Source: Octopus vulgaris (Eukaryota). Taken from it: 64,000 nt of DNA. The first letter of the stretch is position 1, and each line of letters begins with the position of its first letter. Positions 12,960-25,851 of the stretch are shown in pieces. The DNA is taken from NCBI GenBank assembly GCA_951406725.2, contig OX597827.1, positions 71,610,001-71,674,000 of the forward strand, given 5' to 3'. Position numbers and translations under genes: made by a program. A model generated the notes under the pieces. The model saw only the letters and a program-made list of their open reading frames with translations, was not told the DNA's origin and did not search any database.

Positions 12960-13589
12960 CTGCAATAAGCAAATAAATAAATAAATAAATAAATAAATAC
13001 ATAAAAATAAGAAGTGGTGGTTGGTTTAGTAAAATGTACGAAGAATGACTGTTTTATAATCTTGCAAAACGGTGGTTTTGTAATTGGTTAAAACGGAGGG
13101 TTTGTACGCCATCAAAATAGTGATTTTGTAATACGTTAAAATGGTGGCTTTCTAAGCCAACAAAAATGGCGGATTTGATGTCCATCAAACGGAGGTTTTT
13201 GTAATATTTCCTGTGTTTTTCCAACAACTATTCTTTCATCTCATTGTTAGTATTTGTTTTCGCTTTTACACATTTTGCAGTAAAGTTACGGCATTCGCTG
13301 ATATAAAATCGAGTTATTGGAGGAAATAAAGATAAAAAATATATTTTAGGTAACTTGCCAAATGCCATCAGTTCCCAGATTAACAAAGCTGAGCTTTTGT
13401 CGTTTTTGCCTAAGAAGTGAGGAAAGGATTTCTATGTAAATGAATAAGAGTTGTACGCTCGTTGGCGACCTCTCGTTTTCTATGAGAGCAGAATTTGAAT
13501 AATTGCATATTTAAGGAATAAAGAATCGTTTTCTTTGCAAACGCAGAAAGAATGACCGAAGGCGGATTTGAACCGGTGACCCTGAAGAC

Positions 13590-13906
13590 CATCGTCGTCG
13601 TCGTCGTCGTCGTCATCATCATCATCATCATCATCACCGTCGTCGTCATCTTCCTCTTCCCCCTACTCCTCCTCCTTCTCGTCCTCCTCTTTCTTCTCCT
13701 GCTTCTCATCTTCATCGTCATCGTAGTCACCATCGTTGTCATCATCATCATCATCATCCTCATCATCATCACCATCATCGTCGCCGTCGTCGTTTTCCTC
13801 CTTTTCCTCCTTCTAATCATTATTATCGTCATCGTCGTTGTCGCCGTTGTCGTCATCATCATCATCACCATCGTCATCACCATCGTCATCATCATCATCG
13901 TCATCG

Positions 13907-13943
<37 letters not shown>

Positions 13944-14100
13944 AATCATCATAATCATCATTACCATCGTCGTCGTCGTCGTCATAGTCCTCTTCCTCCT
14001 CCTCCTCCTCATCATCATCATCGTCATCGTAGTCACCATCGTCGTCATTATCATCATTGTCGGCGTCATCGGCGTCGTCGTCGTCATCATCATCATCATC
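13590..14100. repeat. Degenerate (ATC/GTC/CTC)n trinucleotide region
   Basis: Directly visible; the source of the poly-I/M/D pseudo-ORFs. Confidence 0.9.
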
Positions 14101-14104
14101 CCTC

Positions 14105-14385
14105 ACCCCACCGGTCATTACAGTCTCGAGTCTGAGGACTCATAGAACCGGTTGCACCCTTTCCGTGGCCTATAAGTGTCTGAGCTCTCACAACATTCCT
14201 CTGAACGAGGCCTCCTTCCTCAGCTATTCACAGGAGTTACTCATTTCTACAGCTGAGTGAACTGGAGCCACGAGAAATGGAGCGTCTTGCTCAAGAACAC
14301 AACACAACGCACCTCACGGTTCGACAATCGCAACCACGTTCTTCCGACCGTGAGTTCAACCTGCGCATCATTCGGCCACGCGCCT
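14105..14385 (-). mobile_element. tRNA-derived SINE with a CORE-like central segment
   Basis: Minus strand aggcgcgtggccgaatgatg head, then tcttgagcaagacgct...gctccagttcactcagctgtagaaatgagt. Confidence 0.6.
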
Positions 14386-14584
14386 GGTGGTTAATGGATA
14401 GTCTAATATTCCATACTCGTATCGATTCAGTCGATTTGCCTGTGTACATAATTAAGGTTGATAGAGTTTATTGCTTAATCTTTGATCAGAAATTACTGTT
14501 AACTGATAAGCTTTAATTAATGTAAACGAATAACTAAATCTGTTGATTTTAGACAATTAGCAACGTTTGTGAAGGGAAAAAAAT

Positions 14585-15039
14585 CTGTGTGGTAAGTAGC
14601 TTGCTTACCAACCGCATGGTTCCGTTTTCAGCCCCACTGCGTGGCACTTTGGGCAAGTGTCTTTTACTATAGCCTTGGGTGCCGACCAAAGCCTTGTGAG
14701 TGGATTTGGTAGACGGAAACTGAAAAACGCCCGTCGTATGTATGTATGTATGTATGTATGTATGTATGTATGTATGTATGTATGTATGTGTGTATGTGTG
14801 TTTGTGTGTCTGTGTTTGTATGTTTGTGTGTCTGTGCTTGTCCCCCCAACATCGCTTGACAACCGATGCAGGTGTGTTTACGTCTGTAACTTAGCGGTTC
14901 GGCAAAAGAGACCGATAGAATAAGTACTAGGCTTACAAAGCATTAGTCCTGGGGTCGATTTGCTCGACTAAAAGCGGTACTCCAGCATGGTCGCAGTCAA
15001 ATGACTGAAACAAGTAAAAGAGTAAAGAGTAAAGAGTAA
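14585..15039 (+). mobile_element. SINE family A
   Basis: ctgtgtggtaagtagcttgcttaccaacc...gacggaaactgaaa...(TATG)n...aagtaaaagagtaaagagt. Confidence 0.9.
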
Positions 15040-15238
15040 CTGGACATGAAGGCACAGATACTAAAGCTGTGGTTGTGACCAACTTATCATCCACGCAATG
15101 AATCAAGCTTTGAATAAAAGAAAATAATAATTGATAATAATTTGCGTGTAGAAGAACAGCAAGAATCGGAATGATGATGTACATAGGCATTCTTAATACA
15201 TTTCAATAGATTTGAACGAGAATATATGTATGTATATG

Positions 15239-15318
<80 letters not shown>

Positions 15319-15339
15319 TATCAATCAGGGAATAAATAT

Positions 15340-15755
15340 ATATTTCTTTATTGCCCACAGGGGGATAAACATAGAGGGGACAAACAAGGAAAGACAAAGG
15401 TATTAAGTCGATTATATCGACCCCAGTGCGTAACTGGTACTTATTTAATCGACCCCGAAAGGATGAAGGGCAAAGTCGACCTCAGCGGAATTTGAACTCA
15501 GAACGTAGCGGCAGATGAAATACCCATTTCTTTACTACCCACAGGGGCTAAACACAGAGGAGACAAACAAGGACAGACAGACGAATTAAGTCGATTATAT
15601 CGACCCCAGTACGTAACTGGTACTTATTTAATCGACCCCGAAAGGATAAAAGGCAAAGTCGACCTCGGCGGAATTTGAACTCAGAACGTAGCAGCAGACG
15701 AAATAACGCTAAGCATTTCGCCTGGCGTGCTAACGATTCTGCCAGCTCGCCGCCC
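15340..15755 (-). mobile_element. SINE family B, dimer (one head plus two bodies)
   Basis: Reverse complement of ggcggcgagctggcagaatcgttagc (A box)...ctgagttcaaattcc (B box), with the body repeated twice. Confidence 0.9.
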
Positions 15756-15949
15756 TTCAGGGAATAAATATATTCATCCTCTTTTTCATTCTCGCTGTCC
15801 TACGTGCGCATGATCATTATCGGTTTCACAGACTTAAGTTTGCATAGCAAATAATGTGTTTACTGAATGGTATATTACAAGAAAACCTTCCACGCGCTCT
15901 CTGCGTGTCGTAAAAGGTGACTGAAAAGAGAACGACGGCAGCAGCAGCA

Positions 15950-16290
15950 GCAGGTCGGATGCTGTTTGGGTGGCACCAACGAGATCATTACAAGTGTCTA
16001 ATGATCCGGGCTGCAGTAAATAGGAAACTACTTCGTGAGATAAGGGGCCAAGCAACTGAGATTCCTTGGTCATGCGGTGAGGAAGGAGGGCCAGGAGAAT
16101 TTAGCAATGACCGGAAAAAAATTGAAGGGAAAAGAAGCAGAGGAAAGCGAAGGATGATGTGGATGTCAAGCTCGACGAATTGGTACGAAGAAAGAAGCAT
16201 TAAACATCACCAGGAAGTGGAACAGAAAGCAAAAAACAGAGAATTGTGGCAGGACGAAGGGAGATTGGTCGGTCTCTTTTGACGGATCTT
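15950..16290 (+). mobile_element. Decayed RTE-clade LINE, 3' end
   Basis: Frameshifted translation LEILGHAVRKEGQENLAMTGK/KIEGKRSRGKRRMMW...AKNRELW matches the RTE C-terminal GH..R...GK.EGKR.RGR.R motif. Confidence 0.75.
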
Positions 16291-16618
16291 AAAGTCCTAA
16301 ATTGTGGACATGGCTTCTAAAGAAGAAGATATTACAAGAGCCACAGCTCCTGTTTAGGTTCATTAATCTGAGAGAGTGCTTTGACTGAAGTCGAAACACC
16401 AGTGTCTCAAAGTTTCCCTTCGTTCATGAATCGAGTGTGTTGTCGACATACATCGTCTGAGAGAGGAAGATGTTACCCGAAGGCGAAATACAACACCGAT
16501 TAATATATTCACATTGAAATCTGTTGAGGCGTATTAAAAAATAAATATGTACGATATCGAAAACAAACACAATACGTAAAGAAATTATAAGTATTCAAAG
16601 AAAGAAATTGAAACTCAC

Positions 16619-16780
16619 CGTTATGGTGTTAACACCGGCCCCTGGCCATTCTGTTGGGTCTATTGTTAACCAAGATGATAGAAAAACTTTGACTGTCATA
16701 TTATTGAAGTCGACTAATTGAAAGCCGCTCACATTACAGCCGTAGTTTGGCATTTCTTTTAAATTTAACTCTTGGATACC
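16619..16780 (-). CDS. iGluR ATD exon D (162 bp, phase 0-0)
   Basis: Acceptor tctcacacag|GGT and donor ACG|gtgagt. Encodes GIQELNLKEMPNYGCNVSGFQLVDFNNMTVKVFLSSWLTIDPTEWPGAGVNTIT, with the AMPA-like GxNVSGFQLVD and W..D..E.PGA motifs. Confidence 0.94.
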
Positions 16781-17266
16781 CTGTGTGAGAAAGGCATAGT
16801 ATTATACAAATTGATTGGAAAATGTGCGGAAAAACACATACTAGCATACACACACATTCACACACGCATACCTATACATAGGTACACATATACATTTATA
16901 TCTATACATGCATACACATACTCTTATACAAGTAGACTCGCTCACATATAGATTTACATAAGAGTACAGACTATATTAATGCGTGAGCGCGCGTTTATTT
17001 CTCTCTGATTCTCACAGAAGCGTTTCTTTCGTTAAGACGCTTTCTGGATCGTCTCTTCCATGGCTGAAATGTGTTTGAAACCTGCTTCATTCAGTCCTGG
17101 GCTTTTGCGTGCGCTATCTTTACCTAGCTCCTTGTTCACAGTACCCAGCGTCAAGGTGTGCAGTCTTGGTCAGTTTTGAAGGTGGCTTATTATTATTATT
17201 ATTATTAATTTATTTACATTTTAATTTATTTATATTTCCTTCTTTCTTCAAATTTTCTTCCGTTTC

Positions 17267-17326
<60 letters not shown>

Positions 17327-17362
17327 TATATTTCCTTCTTTCTTCAAATTTTCTTCCGTTTC

Positions 17363-17440
<78 letters not shown>

Positions 17441-17522
17441 TATTTATTTTCCCTTCTTTCTTCAAATTTTCTTCCGTTTCTTTATTATTATTATTATTAT
17501 GATTATTATTATTATTATTATT

Positions 17523-18035
17523 GAGTGAGAGAGCAGTTCATGCCATCAAAGTGACACTGGGGTAAAATATACGAAGCCCAATATACCCATCATGACTACC
17601 CGTCTGATAAGGGTACACCAGGCACATGCATCACAACCATACGTGCGCGACATGGTGATCTCATATCAAGATAAACAGCACATGACCTTGCAGGTGGGGC
17701 CCAGTTAGAATTTTCTTCAGGTTGAGTAGCCCATCCCGCTCAAACGGTCCCTGAATAAGGGTTGTTTAAGGATGTTGAAAAAACCACCCATGTTTCCAGA
17801 GGTGAATTATTCAAACCCCAAAGAATCCCTCTCAACACATGGCTATGATGCTCCCCCACTACTTCTGCTCATGATCAGAGATGCACATATCGTCAGCCAC
17901 TAAGGGACATGCTCAACTGGTTAAGGTCAAACAACTGACAAGCAAATCTGTGGTATTGAGCAGAATATTTGCTGTAGCCCATCTTTTATACCAAGACAAA
18001 ACAATGTACATGATAACACTTCCAATCAGTCAAGA

Positions 18036-18038
<3 letters not shown>
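17523..18038 (-). mobile_element. ~515-bp non-coding interspersed element ending in (TAA)n (family E); further copies at 18988-19590 (-) and in pieces at 23085-23155 and 23250-23425 (+)
   Basis: Three alignable copies within the window. Each intact 3' end (...gctctctcactc) runs into a TAA microsatellite. No ORF. Confidence 0.8.
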
Positions 18039-18066
<28 letters not shown>

Positions 18067-18127
18067 GATTATAATTATTATTATTATTATTTATTTTTCC
18101 TCCTTTCTTCAAATTTTCTTCCGTTTC

Positions 18128-18183
<56 letters not shown>

Positions 18184-18244
18184 GATTATAATTATTATTA
18201 TTATTATTTATTTTTCCTCCTTTCTTCAAATTTTCTTCCGTTTC

Positions 18245-18327
<83 letters not shown>

Positions 18328-18328
<1 letters not shown>

Positions 18329-18514
18329 AGTCAAGACGAAGAGTGTGATTCGATTGTAATAGATGTTTTATTGGTTGAACGATATTTCAACAGTAAGTCT
18401 GTCTTTGTCAAGAATTTCAGAACTTGACAAAAGACAGACTTACTGTCTTTGTCAAGTAATATCGTTCAACGAATAAAATATCTTACAAACGAATCGCGCG
18501 CTTCGTCTTGACTG
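18328..18514. mobile_element. Palindromic MITE-like element (~187 bp)
   Basis: Outer arms cagtcaagacgaag...ttgaacgatatt / aatatcgttcaa...cttcgtcttgactg and inner arms cagtaagtctgtctttgtcaag / cttgacaaaagacagacttactg. Confidence 0.75.
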
Positions 18515-18606
18515 ATTATCTTTGTGAAGAATTACGTCAATCCTTTTTAAAATACTATCATCATCATCATCATCGTCGTCGTCGTCGTTGTTGTTGTTGC
18601 TGTTGC

Positions 18607-18676
<70 letters not shown>

Positions 18677-18679
<3 letters not shown>

Positions 18680-18899
18680 TAGTTTTATTTTTATAGCGTG
18701 CTTTCACTTCACTACCGAGCGCAGCTCTGTGTGCCTTGGGTATGTGCTGTGATTTGTTGTGATGCTCTGATGGTTATTGTATGGAAAGTGTTCTGCGTAG
18801 GATGTGTGCAGTGCCTAGTAGTGCAATTTTCTGTATGTTATATGTGTTTGTAAGTCCTGGTGTTTTTGTTATGTATTTGTTTGAATATTTTTTTAATCA

Positions 18900-18900
<1 letters not shown>
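18677..18900 (-). mobile_element. R4/Dong-like (REL endonuclease) non-LTR retrotransposon, 5'-truncated 3' end, inserted in a (TAA)n tract
   Basis: Minus-strand translation KYITKTPGLTNTYNIQKIALLGTAHILRRTLSIQ* followed by a 3' UTR. (TAA)n lies on both sides, consistent with the known TAA-repeat targeting of Dong elements. Confidence 0.8.
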
Positions 18901-18987
<87 letters not shown>

Positions 18988-19600
18988 GAGTGAGACAGCA
19001 GTGTATGCAATCAAAATGAATGACATTAAGGTACAAATAAACGAAGCGCCTGTGTGAGAAAGGCATCGTATTATACAAATTGATTGAAAAATGCGCGGGA
19101 AACACACACTAGCATACACACACATTCACACACCTATACATAGGTACGCATACACATTTACACTTACACATGCATATACATACACTTATACAAGTAGATT
19201 CACATGCACACATATAGATTTACATCATAACCACCAGTTTGATTGGGATGCTGCAGGTACATGCATCACCACCATATGTGTGCAACATGGTGATCTTATA
19301 TGCAAGTTGGGCCCAGTTAGAAGTTTCTACAAATCGAGTGCCCATCCCGCTCAAAAGGACCCTGAATAAGGGTTGTTTAGGGATGATGAACGAAATACCC
19401 ATGTTTCCAGAGGTGAATTATTCAAACCCCAAAGAATTCCTCTCAACACGTGTCTATGATACTCCTCCACTATTCCTGCTTGTGACCAGAGATGCACATA
19501 TTATCAGTCATTGAGTGGTAAAGTTCAAGCAACTGACAAGCAAATCTTCAGTAACGAACAGAAGATTTGCTATAGCTCCTCTTTTATATACATTATTACT

Positions 19601-20013
19601 CCGCAGGAGTGGCTGTGTGGTAAGTAGCTTGCTAAACAACCACATGGTTCCGGGTTCAGTCCCACTGCGTGGCATCTTGGGCAAGTGTCTTCTGCTATAG
19701 CCCCGGGCCGACCAATGCCTTGTGAGTGGATTTGGTAGACGGAAACTGAAAGAAGCCCGTCGTATATATGTATATATATATATGTATGTGTGTGTGTTTG
19801 TGTGTCTGTGTTTGTCCCCCTAGCATTGCTTGACAACCGATGCTGGTGTGTTTACGTCCCCGTCACTTAGCGGTTCGGCAAAAGAGACTGATAGAATAAG
19901 TACTGGGCTTACAAAGAATAAGTCCTGGGGTCGATTTGCTCGACTAAAGGCGGTGCTCCAGCATGGCAGCGGTCAAATGATTGAAACAAGTAAAAGAGTA
20001 AAGAGTAAAGAGT
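19601..20013 (+). mobile_element. SINE family A, near-consensus copy
   Basis: Nearly identical to 46041-46447. Confidence 0.92.
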
Positions 20014-20319
20014 TTCTTATCAGCATCCTCTGAAAGAGAGGTCCTGTATGCTGTGGCTGTTGATGCGGAAACACGCTGAGATGCGCTATCTGCAGATTTT
20101 TCTGGACGTTACGCAGGCATGGGCCCTGGTTGTAAGACATTTTATCAGCAGCTTAACTCTGCGACAGAACTGCAGAGTTAAGAACTGCATCTGGCACGTA
20201 GAAGTTCGTCAGACGCTTAGCGCCCCAGTTGGGCAATGTGCTCATATGAGCTCAAAATGTAAAGCCAAAAGAAATGCAGTAAAGAATTTTTCCAGTCTGC
20301 GAACTATTATACTCCCTCG

Positions 20320-20700
20320 CCAGAGAAGAGACACTGTGCACGGTTGTGGAAATTAGCTGCCCAGCGTATGTTAACATGAAGCTGAAGATCAGTGAAAAAG
20401 AGAACACCTATGCTGAACTAATGAGAAATCAACTGTTACTCTATCCAGATTACAGGTTCAGGTTTATACCTGTAATTATTGAGGCCCTGGGATATGTAAC
20501 ACACTGCCTAAGAGAAATTAGGCTTCTCAAAACCAGAAAGGAGAAAGCTAATTCGAAGACTACAGATCCAATCCATCACTGGAACTGTAAAAATCTGTAA
20601 AACTTTCCAGAAGTTTATCATTTAAATATATATGAGCATGTCTAGATATGCAACTATATGTATGAGGATACATAAAATAAAGCATACAAATCTGCACATA
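20320..20700 (+). mobile_element. Second REL-endonuclease non-LTR retrotransposon 3' end (R4/Dong-like) followed by (CATA)n
   Basis: EISCPAYVNMKLKISEKENTYAELMRNQLLLYPDYRFRFIPVIIEALGYV then LGFSKPERRKLIRRLQIQSITGTVKICKTFQKFII* (E.S.P...K..EK...Y..L...P.I.GALG pattern). The 3' UTR runs into (CATA)n at ~20695-21023. Confidence 0.8.
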
Positions 20701-21480
20701 TACATACATACATACATACATACATACATACATACATACAATCATACATACATACATACAATCATACATACATACATACATACATACATACATACAATCA
20801 TACATACAATCATACATACATACATACATACAATCATACATACATACATACAATCATACATACATACAATCATACATACATACATACATACATACAATCA
20901 TACATACAATCATACATACATACAATCATACATACATACATACATACATACACACATACATACATACATACATACATACATACATACATACATACATACA
21001 TACATACATACATACATACATACAGTCAGCAGATGAGATACAATGATTTTCTATGCAGAAGACAATTAGCAGGGCTCAAATGATTCAAACCTAGGCTCGA
21101 TTTAGCCAGTGCCAGTCTTGATTCTTTCATCACAGCCTCCATATTGTGATGAACCACATCTACCAACATTATGGTGTATCTCCGAACTCCCGGAAACAGC
21201 TGTTGGACTTATAACACCTTACTTCATCCCTTTTAATTTTCTCAGTCGTTTGTACACTTTGTAAGTTGGATCTATTAATATATAAATCTCTGTATATCTA
21301 TGCTTAAATATTGATCGTCTGAACGACTTCAATCTTTGCTTTCTCTCATTTTGCATGTATAAATATATACATATTTTGTATTTCATACCCAGGCTGTTTT
21401 AGTTGATATGTTTAATTTGTTTATCCGCATAATTGCCTATATATATATGCGCTCACAGCATACACGCATTGACATGTGTG

Positions 21481-21573
<93 letters not shown>

Positions 21574-21604
21574 CCTTTTGGTTATTTCTTTGTGTTAGTG
21601 TGGG

Positions 21605-22021
21605 GTGGCTGTGTGGTAAGTAGCTTGCTTACCAACCACATGGTTCCGAGTTCAGTCCCACTGCGTGGCACTTTGGGCAAGTTTCTTTTACTATAGCCTC
21701 GGGCCGACCAAAGCCTTGTGAGTGGATTTCGTTGACGGAAACTGAAAGAAGCCCGTCGTATATATGTATATGTATATATGTATGTGTGTGTATATGTTTG
21801 TGTGTCTGTGTTTGTGTGTCTGTGTTTGTCCCCTCCAACATCGCTTGACAACCGATGCTGGTGTGTTTACGTCCCAGTAACTTAGCGGTTCGGCAAAAGT
21901 GACCGATAGAATAAGTACTAGGCTTACAAAGAATAAGTCCTGGGGTCGATTTGCTCGACTGACTAAAGGCGGTGCTCCAGCATGGCCGCAGTCAAATGAC
22001 TGAAACAAGTAAAAGAGTAAA
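21605..22021 (+). mobile_element. SINE family A (left member of an inverted pair)
   Basis: Full body and tail present. Confidence 0.92.
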
Positions 22022-22023
22022 TA

Positions 22024-22079
<56 letters not shown>

Positions 22080-22096
22080 TCTCTCTCTCTTTTCTC

Positions 22097-22308
22097 TCTC
22101 TTTTACTTGTTTCAGTCATCTGACTGCGGCTATGCTGGAGCACCGCCTTTAATCGAGCATTTCGACTCCGGGACTTATTCTTTGTAAGCCCAGTACTGTA
22201 TTCTATCGGTCTCTTTTGCCGAACCGCTAAGTAACGGAGACATAAACACACCAGCATCGGTTGTCAAGCAACGCTAGGGGGACAAACACAGACACACAAA
22301 CGCACACA

Positions 22309-22367
<59 letters not shown>

Positions 22368-22526
22368 CGACGGGCTTCTTTCAGTTTCCGTCTACCAAAT
22401 CCACTCACAAGGCTTTGGTCGGCCCGAAGCTATAGTAGAAGACACTTGCCCAAGGTGCCACGCAGTGGGACTGAACCCGGAACCATGTGGTTAGCAAGCT
22501 ACTTACCACACAGCCACTCCTGCGCC
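22097..22526 (-). mobile_element. SINE family A (right member of an inverted pair)
   Basis: Reverse complement of the full element, ending at cagccactcctgcgcc. Confidence 0.92.
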
Positions 22527-22557
22527 TATATATATATATATACACTATATATATATA

Positions 22558-22622
<65 letters not shown>

Positions 22623-22885
22623 CCTGCATTGTATCCAGCCGAATTTAACCGAACATTAAGTGCCACAATGTTTAAATAATATATTCGTTGTTCGCATTTG
22701 TAAATTTCCACGAAACTCATTTGTCTTCTTCAGCGTTTCCAGAAACTCAACATTTTCGATCAATTTAAGAAATATCCGCCTGTCATGAATCCAACACAAG
22801 ACACAGACAAACGCAACAACATTAATCATTCGACCACATAACAGTCCGCTTTGTTATGCTGTAAGCGGCCGTAAGCGAAACACTT

Positions 22886-22934
<49 letters not shown>

Positions 22935-22974
22935 GCTGCTACTGCTGCTACTGCTGCTGCTACTACTGCTACTA

Positions 22975-23006
<32 letters not shown>

Positions 23007-23152
23007 ACTACTACTACTACCACCACCACTACCACCACCACTACCACCACTACTACTAATAATAATAATAATGATAATAATATGATGGGTATATTGGGCT
23101 TCGTATATTTTACCCCAGTGACACTTTGATGGCATGAACTGCTCTCTCACTC

Positions 23153-23203
<51 letters not shown>

Positions 23204-23425
23204 TTCTGCTATAGGCACACGGCGTGAAATTTGGTGGGAGGGGAGTAGATAATTCACCTTTGGAAACATGGAAACATGTTTCGTTCAACATCCTCAAACA
23301 ACCCTTATTTAGGGACCTTTTGAGCGGGATGGGCTACTCAACCTGAAGAAAATTCTAAGTGGGCCCCACCTGCAAGGTTAATGCGCTGTTAATCTTGATA
23401 TGAGATCATCATGCCACGCACAAGC

Positions 23426-24352
23426 GGGCAATGCGATCGGTAGTAGTTCCACTCTAGCGTTCTATAGAGGGTTAGTGGAAAAAAAGTGCGACGACGTTCT
23501 CGGGGAAACTCTAGGCGTCGACGATAATGAGTTAAACAGTCTGCTCGGAAGAACTTTCGGGCCGGGGCCCATGGACAATTTCCGAAGGTTCCTCGCCTGG
23601 CAGTGCTACCGAGGGGCGCTGCCTGTTCGAGATAAACTCTACCGACGGAAGTGCCGTCAGCCGGTCCTGCCCGAGGTGCGCCCAGGACGACGAAACCGTT
23701 CTGCACGCACTCGTCCAGTGCCCGAATATTGCTGACCTGTGGGTTTATGTCGAAGAGCTACTGTCACGTATAGGACGGATCCGGCTATCAGCTGAATCCA
23801 TAGTGAAGATTGCCCCGTCGGCCTCCTTTAACCGGGAGGGCAAGGCAATTTTCCTTTGTCTAGTGGCTGTAGCGAAAGAGGTGGTATGGTGGACCCGTTG
23901 GAAAGAGCTAAAGTCAGACTTTTCCCTCTTTGGCCAAGGCCTCATCAACTTTTTCAAGTCCCACTTGAAGAGGAAGGTGAGCGTAGAGAGGGAAGTGCTG
24001 TCTCGTAGCAAATTTATTGAAAGGTGGGTGAATGTCGGGAAAATGGCCAGTATGAAAGGACCAATTCTGAGATTACACCTGTAAAAAAAATAAAAGGTAA
24101 TATGAAAGGAGAAAGGGGCTCTCTACCCCTTTTTGACCAAGCTCCCGTGGTTTTAATGGGTTTTTCCACGAGTAACCTTTCGAAGCGCCTCCCCCTATTG
24201 GGAGTTTTATTTGTTTTTACATAATTTCGTTGTTATTTAAATGTTTACACGGACCTTTCTTTTCGGACAAAACCCTTTGTAATTTTCGTCCTGTATTTGT
24301 CCTTACATGTTTCTTTGATTTTTGTTAGCCCTTGTGACCAATAAACCAGAAT
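23426..24352 (+). mobile_element. L1/Tx1-clade LINE, 5'-truncated ORF2 C-terminus (zf-RVT) and 3' UTR
   Basis: LAWQCYRGALPVRDKLYRR, then after a frameshift SCPRCAQDDETVLHALVQCPNIADLW (CxxC...HxxxxC knuckle) and VAKEVVWWTR...KFIERW. AATAAA at ~24340 is followed by (ATT)n. Confidence 0.85.
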
Positions 24353-24921
<569 letters not shown>

Positions 24922-25204
24922 GTATAATATAATTTTTTTTTCTCATGCACTGTTCATTATGCTTAAGACGGCAAATGTATTTGAATTATAGTTCGGAGAC
25001 GAAATTGTCTCCACAAGGCTGAAACACGCGAAAGACAATACATGAAATTCCCTTAAGCAACGAATGGTTTATGGGCTCAGTCAGCGAGTTAATAGGGGTC
25101 ATATGTTTATATGTGCGTGCGCGCGCGCGTAAGTGTATATGGGCATGCGCACGCATGTGGCATATTATACGTGAACGCATACATACGCATGCAAACACAT
25201 ACAA

Positions 25205-25690
25205 TATATATGTGTATGTGTGTAAATTTGTATGTATATAAGTACATACATGTCTTTATGCATATATACATGTATGTATGTATGTATGTATGCATGTACG
25301 CATGTATGTATGTATGTGTGTATGTATGTATGCATGTATGTATGTATGTATGTATGTATGCATGTATGTGTGTAAATTTGTATGTATATAAGTACATACA
25401 TGTCTTTATGCATATATACATGTATGTATGTATGTATGTACGCATGTATGTATGTATGTGTGTATGTATGTATGCATGTATGTATGTATGTATGTGTGTA
25501 TGTATGTATGCATGTATGTGTGTATGTATGTATGCATGTATGTATGTATGTATGTATGTGCGTATGTATGTATATATGTATATGTGTATGTATGTATGTA
25601 TATATGTATGCATGCATGTATATATGTATGTATATATGTATGTATGTAAGTATGTATGCATGTATGTGTGTGTGTATGTGTGTGTATGTA

Positions 25691-25722
<32 letters not shown>

Positions 25723-25830
25723 CATGTATGTATGTATGTATGTATGTGCGTATGTATGTATATATGTATGTATGCATGTATGTATGTATGTATGCATGCA
25801 TGTGTGTATGTGTGTGCGTGTGTGTGTATG
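25205..25830. repeat. (TATG)n-rich satellite with a ~150-bp tandem duplication, immediately downstream of exon C in transcript sense
   Basis: tgtgtaaatttgtatgtatataagtacatacatgtctttatgc occurs at ~25219 and ~25369. Confidence 0.9.
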
Positions 25831-25851
25831 CTAATATAAATCTATATTTAC

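Noticed and set aside
16365-16500. CTGA...CGAAAC hammerhead-like words
   Set aside because: No CUGANGA core correctly spaced to a stem II, and no stems I/III.
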